Of a DNA stretch of 64,000 nt, positions 18,315 to 27,402 are shown one piece after another. The notes under the pieces were generated by a model. The model was given only the letters and a program-made list of their open reading frames with translations, was not told where the DNA came from and made no database searches. The position numbers and the translations under genes are program-made. Source of the stretch: Collinsella sp. (GTDB taxonomy: Bacteria > Actinomycetota > Coriobacteriia > Coriobacteriales > Coriobacteriaceae); contig JAHABQ010000008.1 in the NCBI GenBank assembly GCA_018376265.1, positions 119,031 to 183,030 on the forward strand, in the 5' to 3' direction. The stretch's first letter is position 1. Each line of letters opens with the position of its first letter.

Positions 18315-19061
18315 CTAATGGCGATAGACCATCGCTCCATATGGAGCTTTATCCTCCCAGGAAAACGATGAGGCGTCACGAATGGGGAAGACGCCGATTA
18401 TAGGTGCCTTCATCCATTCGTCAGCATTCAGAATCATGCCGTCCTTGTCATAGATTGGCTCAACCTGAGAAGTCTGGACATCACGAATTCCCGGCCATAT
18501 ATCAGCTATCGCATCAAGCACCTCATCCGTAGGGCAGACTTCCTTTGAGGAAAGATAAACATAGTGCGGAATTGCATCGCTTGCATTCCGCACTTCAAGA
18601 ACGAAAGCATAGTCGCATGACGCAGCATTCGACTCATTGACCACCGGCCAATCGTCGGGGACAACGAGATACGAGCCATCTCGCAGGTCCACGCGTTTCA
18701 TTGACGGCCTCTTATCAACAAGGCTGTCTTGCGGAACAAATCGCAGCATATGGTTACGAAGAGTCTTGTAATAAGAGAGCTTGTCGTTTAAATCGTCGGC
18801 AGCGAGCGACAGGGACTCAGCATCGCCATATCCACTAAGCTCATCCTGAATAGACTTGACCCGTTGCGCACAAAAAGCGCTCAGCTCTGCAGCCGCACCC
18901 TTGTTGACGCGGAGACATAGACTCGCGAGAAGGTCGACCACTTCCCCCGGAGTCTTAAACTCTTGCGGATGTTGTTCCTTGAACATGCTGATGTTGTCAT
19001 CGGTCTGTTCAAGGACGGTCGTCCCAAACTTTCGTTTTTTCGGTTTCCTGGAGCGTTCCAT
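18315..19061 (-). CDS. Hypothetical protein (248 aa), no recognisable domain; cargo gene of the mobile element
   Basis: The ATG at 19061 is preceded by GGGGGA. Composition is visibly more AT-rich than the flanks. A basic N-terminus (RSRKPKKRKF) is followed by a helical half and then a beta-rich half. Confidence 0.6.
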   Translation of the reverse strand: MERSRKPKKRKFGTTVLEQTDDNISMFKEQHPQEFKTPGEVVDLLASLCLRVNKGAAAELSAFCAQRVKSIQDELSGYGDAESLSLAADDLNDKLSYYKTLRNHMLRFVPQDSLVDKRPSMKRVDLRDGSYLVVPDDWPVVNESNAASCDYAFVLEVRNASDAIPHYVYLSSKEVCPTDEVLDAIADIWPGIRDVQTSQVEPIYDKDGMILNADEWMKAPIIGVFPIRDASSFSWEDKAPYGAMVYRH

Positions 19062-19318
19062 TTCATCCCCCAATCGATTTTCATTGTAAGTATAACCCTG
19101 TTTTTCGAGGTAAAAGTGCTTATCCGAAACTTTTCGGAACTTTTTCTGAATCTTCAGCGCCTCGATTGCCAGAAGCAGTATCATCGAATTGCACAGATAA
19201 GCGAATGCCGGAATGGAGGTGCCCAAAGAAGGCCATAGAAACAAAAAGCCGCCCACCCCTCCCCTCTAGTCGCCAAACTGAGGTGGGGAGGAGTGAGCAG
19301 ACCAAAGGAGATTCTACC

Positions 19319-19564
19319 ATGGTAGATTCCGTTGTTCCCAAAGCGGGTATCGTACCCGCTCCTCCTCGCGTCGTTCTGGGACGCGAGCGTCTGCTCGGCG
19401 TCACCGAGATTCGTGAGCTGACCGGGCTTGGGGAGGTTGCCGCCGCGTCGCTCATGAAAGAGAGCGGTCGCTGCCTCAAGCTTCATAGCCGCCTCTTCGT
19501 CATCGAGTCCAGCTTTTTTGAGTACCTTCACGAGTTGGAGGTGTCGGATCCGTGCAGCCTGTAG
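19319..19564 (+). CDS. Small DNA-binding protein, excisionase/HTH-like (81 aa)
   Basis: The ATG at 19319 has an AAAGGAG RBS. The segment LLGVTEIRELTGLGEVAAASLMKE resembles Xis/MerR-type HTH. It is the first gene of the element's rightward operon. Confidence 0.55.
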   Translation: MVDSVVPKAGIVPAPPRVVLGRERLLGVTEIRELTGLGEVAAASLMKESGRCLKLHSRLFVIESSFFEYLHELEVSDPCSL

Positions 19565-20436
19565 CCAATAGCTCATTCAACGTCGAAGCCGATCAGCTCA
19601 AGACCTATATCGAGGAAATGAACGGGCGTAAGCCCATGGCTCATATACGCAGCCTCCCCTCTCTCGACAAGCTCATCGGAGGCGTCGTACCCGGAATCCT
19701 GACCATAGTCGGAGCGGCACCCGCTGCCGGCAAAACGACGCTCCTCAAGGTTATCTCCGACGACCTTGCCTCCCAAGGCGTGCCCACCGTCTTCTACTCC
19801 GCGGAACTCCCCGCGTATCGCATTGCTCAGAAGGGCATCACGCGCCTCGGCAACGGAGACTTCAGCCTTTCCGAAGCGACCGGGGCTATCCCCGAGAAGA
19901 GGGAGGCATTTGAGCACGCTTGCGCCATCTACGCCGAGACCGTAGCACCTAACTCGTGCATCATGGACAGCCAAACGTCCATGGAAGATCTCGGGCGTTG
20001 CATCGGTGATTGCATTCACGAACGTGGGCAGCGCCCTGCCGTTTTTGTGGATTACCTTCAACTCATTGCAGCAACCAATTTCAATGTTCGCGCGGAAGAA
20101 CGCGTTGTCATCACCGCTTGCGTTCAAGCCCTGGGCAACATCGCCCGGACGTATGACGTCCCCGTTTTCCTGATAAGCAGCGTCGCGCGCGATAAGTACA
20201 ACGATGCGAACACCGAGCTCAACGTCTTCGCTGGCTCGCAGGGTATCGACTACGGCTCCGACAACGCTCTCTTCCTGCAGGTCGACGGCAGGGACAAGAA
20301 GGAGCGGAGGTACAACTCAGAGCTAGATGTTCGTCCCCTGCTTGTTCGCGTCCTTAAGGCACGCTATGGCACGCTTGGAAGCGCCAAGCTCACCTTCGAC
20401 GCGCCCCATGCCACCTTCTATGACCAGGAGGGCTAG
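19552..20436 (+). CDS. RecA-fold ATPase resembling the C-terminal domain of DnaB-type helicases
   Basis: Walker A GAAPAAGKTTLL and a VFVDYLQLI motif. GTG start with a GGAGGTG RBS, overlapping the Xis-like gene end. Confidence 0.7.
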   Translation: MQPVANSSFNVEADQLKTYIEEMNGRKPMAHIRSLPSLDKLIGGVVPGILTIVGAAPAAGKTTLLKVISDDLASQGVPTVFYSAELPAYRIAQKGITRLGNGDFSLSEATGAIPEKREAFEHACAIYAETVAPNSCIMDSQTSMEDLGRCIGDCIHERGQRPAVFVDYLQLIAATNFNVRAEERVVITACVQALGNIARTYDVPVFLISSVARDKYNDANTELNVFAGSQGIDYGSDNALFLQVDGRDKKERRYNSELDVRPLLVRVLKARYGTLGSAKLTFDAPHATFYDQEG

Positions 20437-20439
20437 GCC

Positions 20440-20790
20440 ATGCGCGGCAACAGCAAGACCGCGCATGTCAACGTCCGCATGACCGAGGAGGAGCGTGCCG
20501 TCATCATGGCGCGCTCCTCCTCTTTTGACATGGCCCCATCGACGTTCATGCGCGAAGCTGCCCTCCGCATCGGGCAGAAGCCCGTCAAGATCGCCGACGA
20601 GGCGACCTTGCGGCAAATCCTCCACCAGATGAAGAAACAGGGCGGAAACCTCAACCAGGCCGTCCATGCCGCAAACGCCTATGGCGTGGATGCGCAGACT
20701 GCCCGACAGCTCACGGAGGCCGTCCGACTGGTGTCGAGCACGGCCTCGCAGCTTTCAAACCTCATCTCCAAGAATCGAGAACTATCATGA
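20440..20790 (+). CDS. mobC: MobC-family relaxosome accessory protein
   Basis: RMTEEERAVIMARS...MREAALR...GGNLNQAVHAAN is typical of MobC. It lies directly upstream of the T4CP and relaxase genes. Confidence 0.75.
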   Translation: MRGNSKTAHVNVRMTEEERAVIMARSSSFDMAPSTFMREAALRIGQKPVKIADEATLRQILHQMKKQGGNLNQAVHAANAYGVDAQTARQLTEAVRLVSSTASQLSNLISKNRELS

Positions 20791-22703
20791 AAACCAAGAT
20801 GCTCACAGCGCTCCTGTCATCCCTTTTCCTAGCGATCCTCGCATGCCCCGTGCTCGCCGCCCCCATCGACATGCTCGTCGCCGGGTACGGACTCGACGCA
20901 TCGGCAATTCCCACAACGTTCGACGCGGAGACCGTCCTCGGCTGGTGGCTCTCGGACGGGTTCGTCACCCATCCCCTCGGGGCCTTGTTCGTCTTCCTCC
21001 TTGCACTCTGCGCCTGTGCCCTCATCGCCTACTCAAGTGCCCTCAAATCACGAGCCGAGGACGGCGGCGTGCTCGGCGACGCCCACGTCAAGACGGGCCG
21101 CGAGGTCGTGAAGGGGTCCATGACATGGGGCGGCTCGACGAACCCCTCGTCGCGCGGGTTCGTCTACGGTTTCACCAAATATCGCGGTAAGCCCTGCTAT
21201 TTCTACGAGCCGAAGAAGATGATTTTCGTATCAGGGGCCACTGGGTCAGGTAAATCACGCTTCCTCTACCTCCCCTCAATCGACCTGCTCAGCTACGGCG
21301 ACGCCTCCAACGGCTCCGAGCCCGCGACCCTCGTCGTCTCAGACGTGAAGAACGAGCTCATAGAGCTCACGGGCGATGAGCTTGCCCGTCGTGGCTACCG
21401 CGTCCTCCTGCTCGATACGCAGCACCCCTATCGCGGCCAGAGGTTCAACCCGCTCAAGCAGGTGCTCGACCTCCATGCCGAGGGGCGCGACCAGGAGGCC
21501 GAGCAGGCGGCGGACGCCATCGCGGAGCTCGTGGTGCAGGATGACGAGAAGGGCAAGGGTTCGCACTGGACGGCATCGGCCAGGGGCCTGCTCTCGGCCC
21601 TGGTCCTGCTGGTCTCCATGTCTGACGAGTGTCCCGAGGGATCGAGGCACCTCGCGACCGTCTGCGAGGTCTTGGACCGTGGCACCGAGGCCGAGGGCGA
21701 CGACCCGGCCGAGCCTCTGAAGGCCGTCTTCCGCTCCCTGCCGAGCGGTCACCCCGCCAAGGGCAGGGCGTCGCAGTTCGTCTCCTCGGGCGGCAACGAG
21801 CTCAGGAGCATCCTCTCGACGCTCAAGGTGGCACTCCGCCCGTTCTCGTCCGCGCCGGTCGCATGGATGACCTCTGGCTCCGACATCGACCCGCGAACGG
21901 TGCTCACGGAGAAGAGTGCCGTCTTCCTCCACGTGCTCGACGAGGGCTCCCCCTACAACTGCATAGCGGCGATATTCCTCTCGCAGCTCTGGGCTTCGGT
22001 CCAGGCGGTCGCGGACGTGAACGGCGGAAAACTCCCCCGCCCCGTGCAGATACTCGGCGACGAGTGGGGCAACCTCCCCCGCGTCGAGTGCCTGCCCGCG
22101 CTCCTCAGCCTAGGACGCAGCTACGGTTGTTTCTGGGTCGGCGCGACGCAGGACGTATCCCAGCTCAACAAGTACGGCGAGAAAGACGGCCGCAGGAAGA
22201 TCCTCGCGAACTGCGGCATCAAGGTCGCGATGAAGCTCGCCGAGGAGGAGGACCGCCGGTACTTCACCGAGCTCATCGGCAAGACCACGCGCCACACGCA
22301 GGGCACGAGCAACGGCAGGGCCGCGTCAGGCACGTCCTCCTCGACGTCCTACAGCGAGAGCGCCGACGACGTGATACACCCCTGGGAGTGGCGCGACATG
22401 GCCCCGGACCGGGACGGGATCATCGTCGTGAAGCACGCGGACAACGGTATGCCCGCATGTCGAGCCGGCGTCTTCCGCTCCCCCGTCACCGACTGCACCA
22501 ACACGCCCACAAGGGAGCACTTCGACCTCGGGACCCCCGAGCACGAGGCGGAGAACCGTCGCGCCTACCAGCGCCGCCTCGACGAGTCAGCTGCTGGGAA
22601 GATGCGCGAGGAGGCCTCGACCTGGTGCCCAAAGTGGCCCGAGCCGGAGAAGAAGAACGGGAGCAAGCCGGGCGGCAAATTCAGCGGGCTCTCGCTCGAC
22701 TAG
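20787..22703 (+). CDS. Type IV coupling protein (TraG/VirD4/TraD family)
   Basis: N-terminal TM segments, Walker A GATGSGKS, and a Walker B-like ILGDEWGNLP. Size is about 640 aa. Confidence 0.8.
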   Translation: MKTKMLTALLSSLFLAILACPVLAAPIDMLVAGYGLDASAIPTTFDAETVLGWWLSDGFVTHPLGALFVFLLALCACALIAYSSALKSRAEDGGVLGDAHVKTGREVVKGSMTWGGSTNPSSRGFVYGFTKYRGKPCYFYEPKKMIFVSGATGSGKSRFLYLPSIDLLSYGDASNGSEPATLVVSDVKNELIELTGDELARRGYRVLLLDTQHPYRGQRFNPLKQVLDLHAEGRDQEAEQAADAIAELVVQDDEKGKGSHWTASARGLLSALVLLVSMSDECPEGSRHLATVCEVLDRGTEAEGDDPAEPLKAVFRSLPSGHPAKGRASQFVSSGGNELRSILSTLKVALRPFSSAPVAWMTSGSDIDPRTVLTEKSAVFLHVLDEGSPYNCIAAIFLSQLWASVQAVADVNGGKLPRPVQILGDEWGNLPRVECLPALLSLGRSYGCFWVGATQDVSQLNKYGEKDGRRKILANCGIKVAMKLAEEEDRRYFTELIGKTTRHTQGTSNGRAASGTSSSTSYSESADDVIHPWEWRDMAPDRDGIIVVKHADNGMPACRAGVFRSPVTDCTNTPTREHFDLGTPEHEAENRRAYQRRLDESAAGKMREEASTWCPKWPEPEKKNGSKPGGKFSGLSLD

Positions 22704-22713
22704 GGAGGCGACC

Positions 22714-23652
22714 ATGACGGCGATAAAGCAGACGAGCGTCTGCAGCGAGAAGCACCTCGCGAGACTCAGGGATTACCTCTCCTGGGACCGCGACAAGGCG
22801 CTCGCCCACGGCACGCAGAACATCATCGACGATGACCGCTGGTTTCAGGAGATGGCAGACACGAGGGCGGCCATGGGTCACGACAGGCCCGGCAAGGCCG
22901 GTGCCAAGTGTACCTACATGCAGCACCAGATACTCGGGTTCCTCCCCGACGAGTGCGACCTCAACGGCGGGAAGATGACGCCGGAGCTGTGCATGCGCTA
23001 TGCGAGGGAGTACGTGGCCGAGCGCTACCCCAACCAGGAAGTCGTGATGGTGCTGCACCGCGAGCGCTGCCGCGCGGACGCCACCGACCGTTACGCCGTG
23101 CACCTCGGCATCAACCGCAGTGATCTGGAAACCGGCCGAAGGCTCGACGAGGGCCCCGCCCGAAAGGCGGCGGCATCACGCGTGAAGACCGTCCGTACCC
23201 TGGACGAAAGGTACGGCCTCAGGCAGCTTGAGCGCGGCAAGGCCAACTCGCGCGTCCACGCGAGGCAACCCGGCACGGAAGAGCGCGACATGGCCCGAAA
23301 GGGGCAGGCCGAGCGCTCGGAGAACGCCCGCGCCCGCGTCGCGGTCGCCCGCCGAATCGAGGAGGTCGGGCGCATGCGCGACTGCCCCGACCGGATGGGC
23401 GAGCTTGAGCGGCGGCTCAGGCGGGACGGCATCGAGCTCGCCAGGTCGAAGGGCGGGAGCCTCCAGTACCGCTTCCCCTCGAAGTCTCTCGGGGGCATGA
23501 GGAAGGTCAACGGCGGAAGGCTCGGCTTCGCAGTCGACTACTCGACTGGCATCGCCGTCCGCTTCACGCTGCGCGGGATAGCGACGGCGATCCGGGCGTT
23601 CTGGGAGCTTGAGCGAAAGGCGCTGGAGAACCAGAACGGCCGAGACGACTGA
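22714..23652 (+). CDS. Relaxase/mobilisation nuclease domain protein
   Basis: The position after MobC and the T4CP, and the N-terminal region with His-rich motifs (HQILGF, MVLHRE, AVHLGINRSD), fit small Mob relaxases. Confidence 0.65.
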   Translation: MTAIKQTSVCSEKHLARLRDYLSWDRDKALAHGTQNIIDDDRWFQEMADTRAAMGHDRPGKAGAKCTYMQHQILGFLPDECDLNGGKMTPELCMRYAREYVAERYPNQEVVMVLHRERCRADATDRYAVHLGINRSDLETGRRLDEGPARKAAASRVKTVRTLDERYGLRQLERGKANSRVHARQPGTEERDMARKGQAERSENARARVAVARRIEEVGRMRDCPDRMGELERRLRRDGIELARSKGGSLQYRFPSKSLGGMRKVNGGRLGFAVDYSTGIAVRFTLRGIATAIRAFWELERKALENQNGRDD

Positions 23653-23658
23653 GCATTT

Positions 23659-23695
23659 GGGCCGGGACGCAACAGGCGTCCCGGCCCTTTCTTTT
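23659..23695 (+). terminator. Rho-independent terminator after the relaxase
   Basis: A 12-bp perfect stem GGGCCGGGACGC / GCGTCCCGGCCC is followed by TTTCTTTT. Confidence 0.75.
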
Positions 23696-24111
23696 GCCCT
23701 TCGGCGAGAGCGACCTCGGAGCGGTTCGCCGTCCCGCCGCAGGCGGGCAAGATGATTCCGTGCAACGGAATCCATATCTTGCATGCACGGAGCGAACCGG
23801 TTGCCGAGGCAACGCGAGCCCGGGCAGGTGAGCGACGGTTGAGCCGACGCCGAGGAGACGCGACCCATGGGGAGCGTCGTACGACGGCGCTCGGCGACCC
23901 GACGCGAGAGGCCCCGCCCGGCGACCACGGCGGAGCGATGGCGACTTCTGGAAGCCATCGAGCGCAGCCGTTCGCCGGGTGGGGCCGGTGTGAGCGGAGG
24001 CGGACGAAACGCGACCCTGGGGAGCGTTGCCAGGGAGCCGCAGCGAGAGCGACGCCGCGCGTCGCGGGGGTCCCGCCCATAAGCGGGACCCATCGGCCGC
24101 AAGGCCGATTG
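23696..24111. other. Non-coding, GC-rich, hairpin-dense tract with a reiterated GAGCG motif
   Basis: No credible ORF in any frame. At least seven short perfect hairpins are present, and GAGCG occurs 10 times on the plus strand by eye. Confidence 0.6.
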
Positions 24112-26937
24112 CTACACCCCGACCCTCTCGGCGTACAAGTTGAAGAGGTGGGCGACAATCTTCTCCTCGTCTCCGCCGAAATCAACGCCATAGGCGGCCT
24201 CAACGGCAGTGTCGAGCGCCTTGTGCGCCGCCATCAGCTCGGGGAAGAACGTCTCGTTCTTGGGATCGTACATGTCCGCGAGCGTCGCACCTTCTTGGGC
24301 GTCACGGGCATCGAGCACGGCCTGGGCGCAGCGCTCGACTTCCTCGCGTTGGGATTCCGTGGGCTCGGGCCAGACGAAGTTGTTGTAGTCAATACCAGCC
24401 GAGTACTGATAATCATCTTTCAGTCTTCCGGTCACGACCCTAACCCATGCATTATGAAATTGGGACTGCAACACCCCATATTGATAGAGAGTTGCATTTG
24501 GGATAAGACGAACTTTATTGCTACAAAAGACCTCAGCATCGACGAACCCCATTGGGATGTATCGCCTTCGGCTTGATGAAACCTCTGGTATCAAGATTGA
24601 ATCTGTATCCGACAGGATTTCAGTTCCAAAATGGGCAGGGCACTCCGCAGCCTTAACGGTCTGACTTCTCTTGCTCTTGAGCCGATACCGGCGTACCGCT
24701 TCAACCCTTTCCCTGCATTTAGGCAGATTCTTTAGCTCATCCCAATTTGCGTTCCCAAGCCATAAACACCAACGGCTTTTGCCACGGATAAATTCTTGTG
24801 ATCCAAGCCACTTGTGAAAGAATTTCTCTGCACCAGGTTCACTTTGCAAGAATTCGATTTTCTGCTCATCAGTGAAAAGGTAATTGCCGTCGTCTATAGG
24901 CTGGGAGCCTATTCCCATTTCTGGAACATCTGATAATGGCTTACTTCTGCTGTAGACAAAAACGTCCGGAGCGTCTTTCAGATACGCATTGATTCGAGCC
25001 GTGGGAATCTGTTCTTCGTCGCTGTCCGGGGTCGCGTGGTAGAAGAGCGTCTTGGTCCCCGACTCGCGGGAGAACCCGACGATGACACAGAACACGTGTG
25101 CCTTGTCCGCAGCCTCGTTGTCCCACCTGAACGTGTTGTGCGCGAAGTCGATGTGGATACCCAGGTCGTACAGGGGTTTCCAGAGGTTGGCGACCTGCTC
25201 GCCCTGACATATCGAGTTGGTAGAGACCAGGGCGCAGCGCGTGCGCTTTCCCTGCGTGAACCTCGCGGCCTTCATGTACCAGGCCCCGCAGTAGTCGATG
25301 TTGCCTGCATTCTTCGCTCCGTCGAAGACCTCAAGGAGCTCCGCCTTCTGCTCCTTGGACTGGTTACGGGCCCCAAGGAAGGGCGGATTGCCCACGAGGT
25401 ACGTGAGGTCATCGGGGAACACCTCGGACCAATCGGTCTTGAGGGCGTTGCCCTCATGGAGGTTGCTGAGGCTCCTGAGCGGCAGGAAGTCGAAGTCGTA
25501 GTCGACGTATATCTCCTGCGTCTTTCGGAGCATCTGCTCCTCGGTGATCCAAAGGGCGGTCTTGGCGACCGAGACGGCGAAGTCGTTTATCTCGATGCCG
25601 TACAGCTGGTCTAGGGACACGCGGACAGGGCTGTCCTGCGCGACGACGAGGGACGTCTGTCCCGCGTTGCCGGTCTCCTCGCTGAGCTCGTCCTCGATGA
25701 TTCGGTTCTCGATGGTGCGCAGCTGCCGGTACGCCTCGGTAAGGAAGTTGCCCGAGCCGCATGCCGGGTCGCCGATGGTGATGGAGGCCACCTTGTCGTG
25801 CAGCCTCGCCAGGGCCTGCTTGCGCTTGGCAGCTGTCTTCTCGCCCTCGGCCTCGTGCAGCTTATCCCACAGCTCGTCGAGGAAGAGTGGCCTGAGGCAG
25901 CGCTCGATGTTCTCGACGCTCGTGTAGTGCATGCCCCCGGCATGGCGCGTCTCGGGGTTCAGCGTGCCCTCGAACACGCCGCCGAAGATGACGCCCGAGA
26001 TCTCGCGCCAGTCGAAGTCCTGGGACGCGTCAGTGATGGCCTCGAGAATCTCCGAGGTCATCTGCGGGACGATGATGGAGGAGTCGGCGAACAGACCGCC
26101 GTTCACGTAGGGGAAGGCCGCGAGGTCCTCGTCCATGTACTCGTCCCTCTGCTCTAGGGGCGTGTCGATCGTCTCAAACAAATCGACCAGTTTTCGGCGG
26201 AGCTTCGCGGGGTCTCCCTCGCAGTACCTGCCGAACGCCTGGTGCGATTGCAGGAGGTCGGCGTCCTCGGCGTAGAGCAGGAAGATGATTCGGGTGATGA
26301 GCACGTTGAGGGAGCGCTGCTCCTCTTGCGCCCGATCATCCTTCTCCTCAATGTGGTGGTACTGCTTGGCGAGGGCATCGTAGAGCCTGGAAACGTAGGC
26401 CCCAGCCTCGATGGAAAGCTGCTGCTCCTTGTGCAGGCGGCTCGTCTCGTTGGAGGTCAGGAAGGACAGAAGATACAGGCTGTCCGGGAGCTCTTCGAGG
26501 GAGAACTCCTGCACGGTATCCTCGGGCCGCTCGTTGTCGAGGTCGTAAAGGCGAAAGGTCCCGAAGTTGCACGTCATCACCCAGCGGGGGCGCTCGGAGT
26601 ACGGCAGGTGCCGCGCGTACCACATGGCCTGCTGGAGCGGCGTCTCCATGCCGCCGTTCCTGGGTTCTGGCTTGTCGAGGTCGATACCCCACGACTTCTG
26701 CTCGCACAGGAAGTTGTGGTCGGAGACGAACATGTCGATGCGGCGGCCTCTCACCTTCCGCTCGAAGTCGACGAAGCTGTCTATGGTGTTGGACGGGATG
26801 CCCAGGACGTTGATGAGCAGATCTACCCAGAACTTTTGCGTGTCCTGCTGCTCGTTGTTGGAGCCCGCGGGGATGGCGGCAAGGCGCTTCTGCCACCGCT
26901 TGACGAACTCTTTTGCCTCTTTCTTGCTGGCAGGCAT
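24112..26937 (-). CDS. Single-polypeptide restriction-modification enzyme, MmeI-like (type IIL/IIG): N-terminal PD-ExK nuclease, N6-adenine methyltransferase and target-recognition region
   Basis: 941 aa. Nuclease-like RIDMF...CEQKS, SAM motif DPACGSGNFL, and catalytic motif GNPPFLG. AGGAGG RBS. Confidence 0.7.
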   Translation of the reverse strand: MPASKKEAKEFVKRWQKRLAAIPAGSNNEQQDTQKFWVDLLINVLGIPSNTIDSFVDFERKVRGRRIDMFVSDHNFLCEQKSWGIDLDKPEPRNGGMETPLQQAMWYARHLPYSERPRWVMTCNFGTFRLYDLDNERPEDTVQEFSLEELPDSLYLLSFLTSNETSRLHKEQQLSIEAGAYVSRLYDALAKQYHHIEEKDDRAQEEQRSLNVLITRIIFLLYAEDADLLQSHQAFGRYCEGDPAKLRRKLVDLFETIDTPLEQRDEYMDEDLAAFPYVNGGLFADSSIIVPQMTSEILEAITDASQDFDWREISGVIFGGVFEGTLNPETRHAGGMHYTSVENIERCLRPLFLDELWDKLHEAEGEKTAAKRKQALARLHDKVASITIGDPACGSGNFLTEAYRQLRTIENRIIEDELSEETGNAGQTSLVVAQDSPVRVSLDQLYGIEINDFAVSVAKTALWITEEQMLRKTQEIYVDYDFDFLPLRSLSNLHEGNALKTDWSEVFPDDLTYLVGNPPFLGARNQSKEQKAELLEVFDGAKNAGNIDYCGAWYMKAARFTQGKRTRCALVSTNSICQGEQVANLWKPLYDLGIHIDFAHNTFRWDNEAADKAHVFCVIVGFSRESGTKTLFYHATPDSDEEQIPTARINAYLKDAPDVFVYSRSKPLSDVPEMGIGSQPIDDGNYLFTDEQKIEFLQSEPGAEKFFHKWLGSQEFIRGKSRWCLWLGNANWDELKNLPKCRERVEAVRRYRLKSKRSQTVKAAECPAHFGTEILSDTDSILIPEVSSSRRRYIPMGFVDAEVFCSNKVRLIPNATLYQYGVLQSQFHNAWVRVVTGRLKDDYQYSAGIDYNNFVWPEPTESQREEVERCAQAVLDARDAQEGATLADMYDPKNETFFPELMAAHKALDTAVEAAYGVDFGGDEEKIVAHLFNLYAERVGV

Positions 26938-27203
26938 ACCGGACCTCCTGCGTCGTTGTCACTTTCGGACAATTTTAAGGGGTAAAAGCCCTCTTCCAAG
27001 CGGAAGGGCGAGTTTTCAACGGTCCACGGTGTCGCAGGGTCCCAGGCGAAACCCGAAGACGCCGGGGGCTGTTGGAAACTCGCCCATCTCACAGCAACGT
27101 CACCCTAGGTTTTCAACGCTTTCCATGGCCGAAGGGCTTCTTATAAGCCCGTAGGCTGTGGGAAGGGTTGGAAACCGGACTTTGGGCATAGCCCTTCACA
27201 AAA

Positions 27204-27228
27204 AAACTTTCTACCCAAATTCTACCCA
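27204..27228. promoter_or_regulatory. Second copy of the arm-type repeat (TTCTACCC twice) near attR
   Basis: AAAACTTTCTACCCAAATTCTACCCA matches 16866-16891 with one mismatch. Confidence 0.5.
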
Positions 27229-27300
27229 ACTGACGTTAACGATGCCCTTATATAAGAAAGCAGGTCAGACGATTTATACCGTCTGACCTGCATTTACTTC

Positions 27301-27376
27301 TGGTGCCCCCGGGCGGATTCGAACCGTCGACACCCGCTTTAGGAGAGCGGTGCTCTATCCCCTGAGCTACGGAGGC
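27301..27376 (-). tRNA. tRNA-Arg (anticodon CCT), with encoded CCA
   Basis: The reverse complement folds as a cloverleaf. Acceptor GCCTCCG/CGGGGGC, D-arm GCTC-AGGGGATA-GAGC, anticodon arm CCGCT-CTCCTAA-AGCGG, T-loop TTCGAAT, and 3' ACCA. Confidence 0.9.
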
Positions 27377-27402
27377 ATGTTGTACTAGTGTAGCAGATCA
27401 AA

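Larger units (their letters stand above)
16716..27344. mobile_element. Integrative mobilizable element (~10.6 kb) inserted in tRNA-Arg(CCT)
   Basis: It is bounded by 49-bp direct repeats. It carries a tyrosine integrase beside attL, plus Xis-like, DnaB-like, MobC, T4CP and relaxase genes. No mating-pore or phage structural genes are present. Confidence 0.85.

Noticed and set aside
23176-24576. ORFs 23176-24102 (-), 23538-24203 (-) and 23752-24576 (+) covering the non-coding tract of the mobile element
   Set aside because: Their translations are Arg/Pro/Ser-rich, and they overlap the relaxase or MmeI-like genes in antisense. None has an RBS or any recognisable motif.
16716-27344. Possible prophage or a full ICE
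   Set aside because: There are no capsid, terminase, tail or lysis genes, and no VirB4 or mating-pore genes. Only int, Xis-like, a DnaB-like gene, MobC, a T4CP and a relaxase are present, which fits a mobilizable element.
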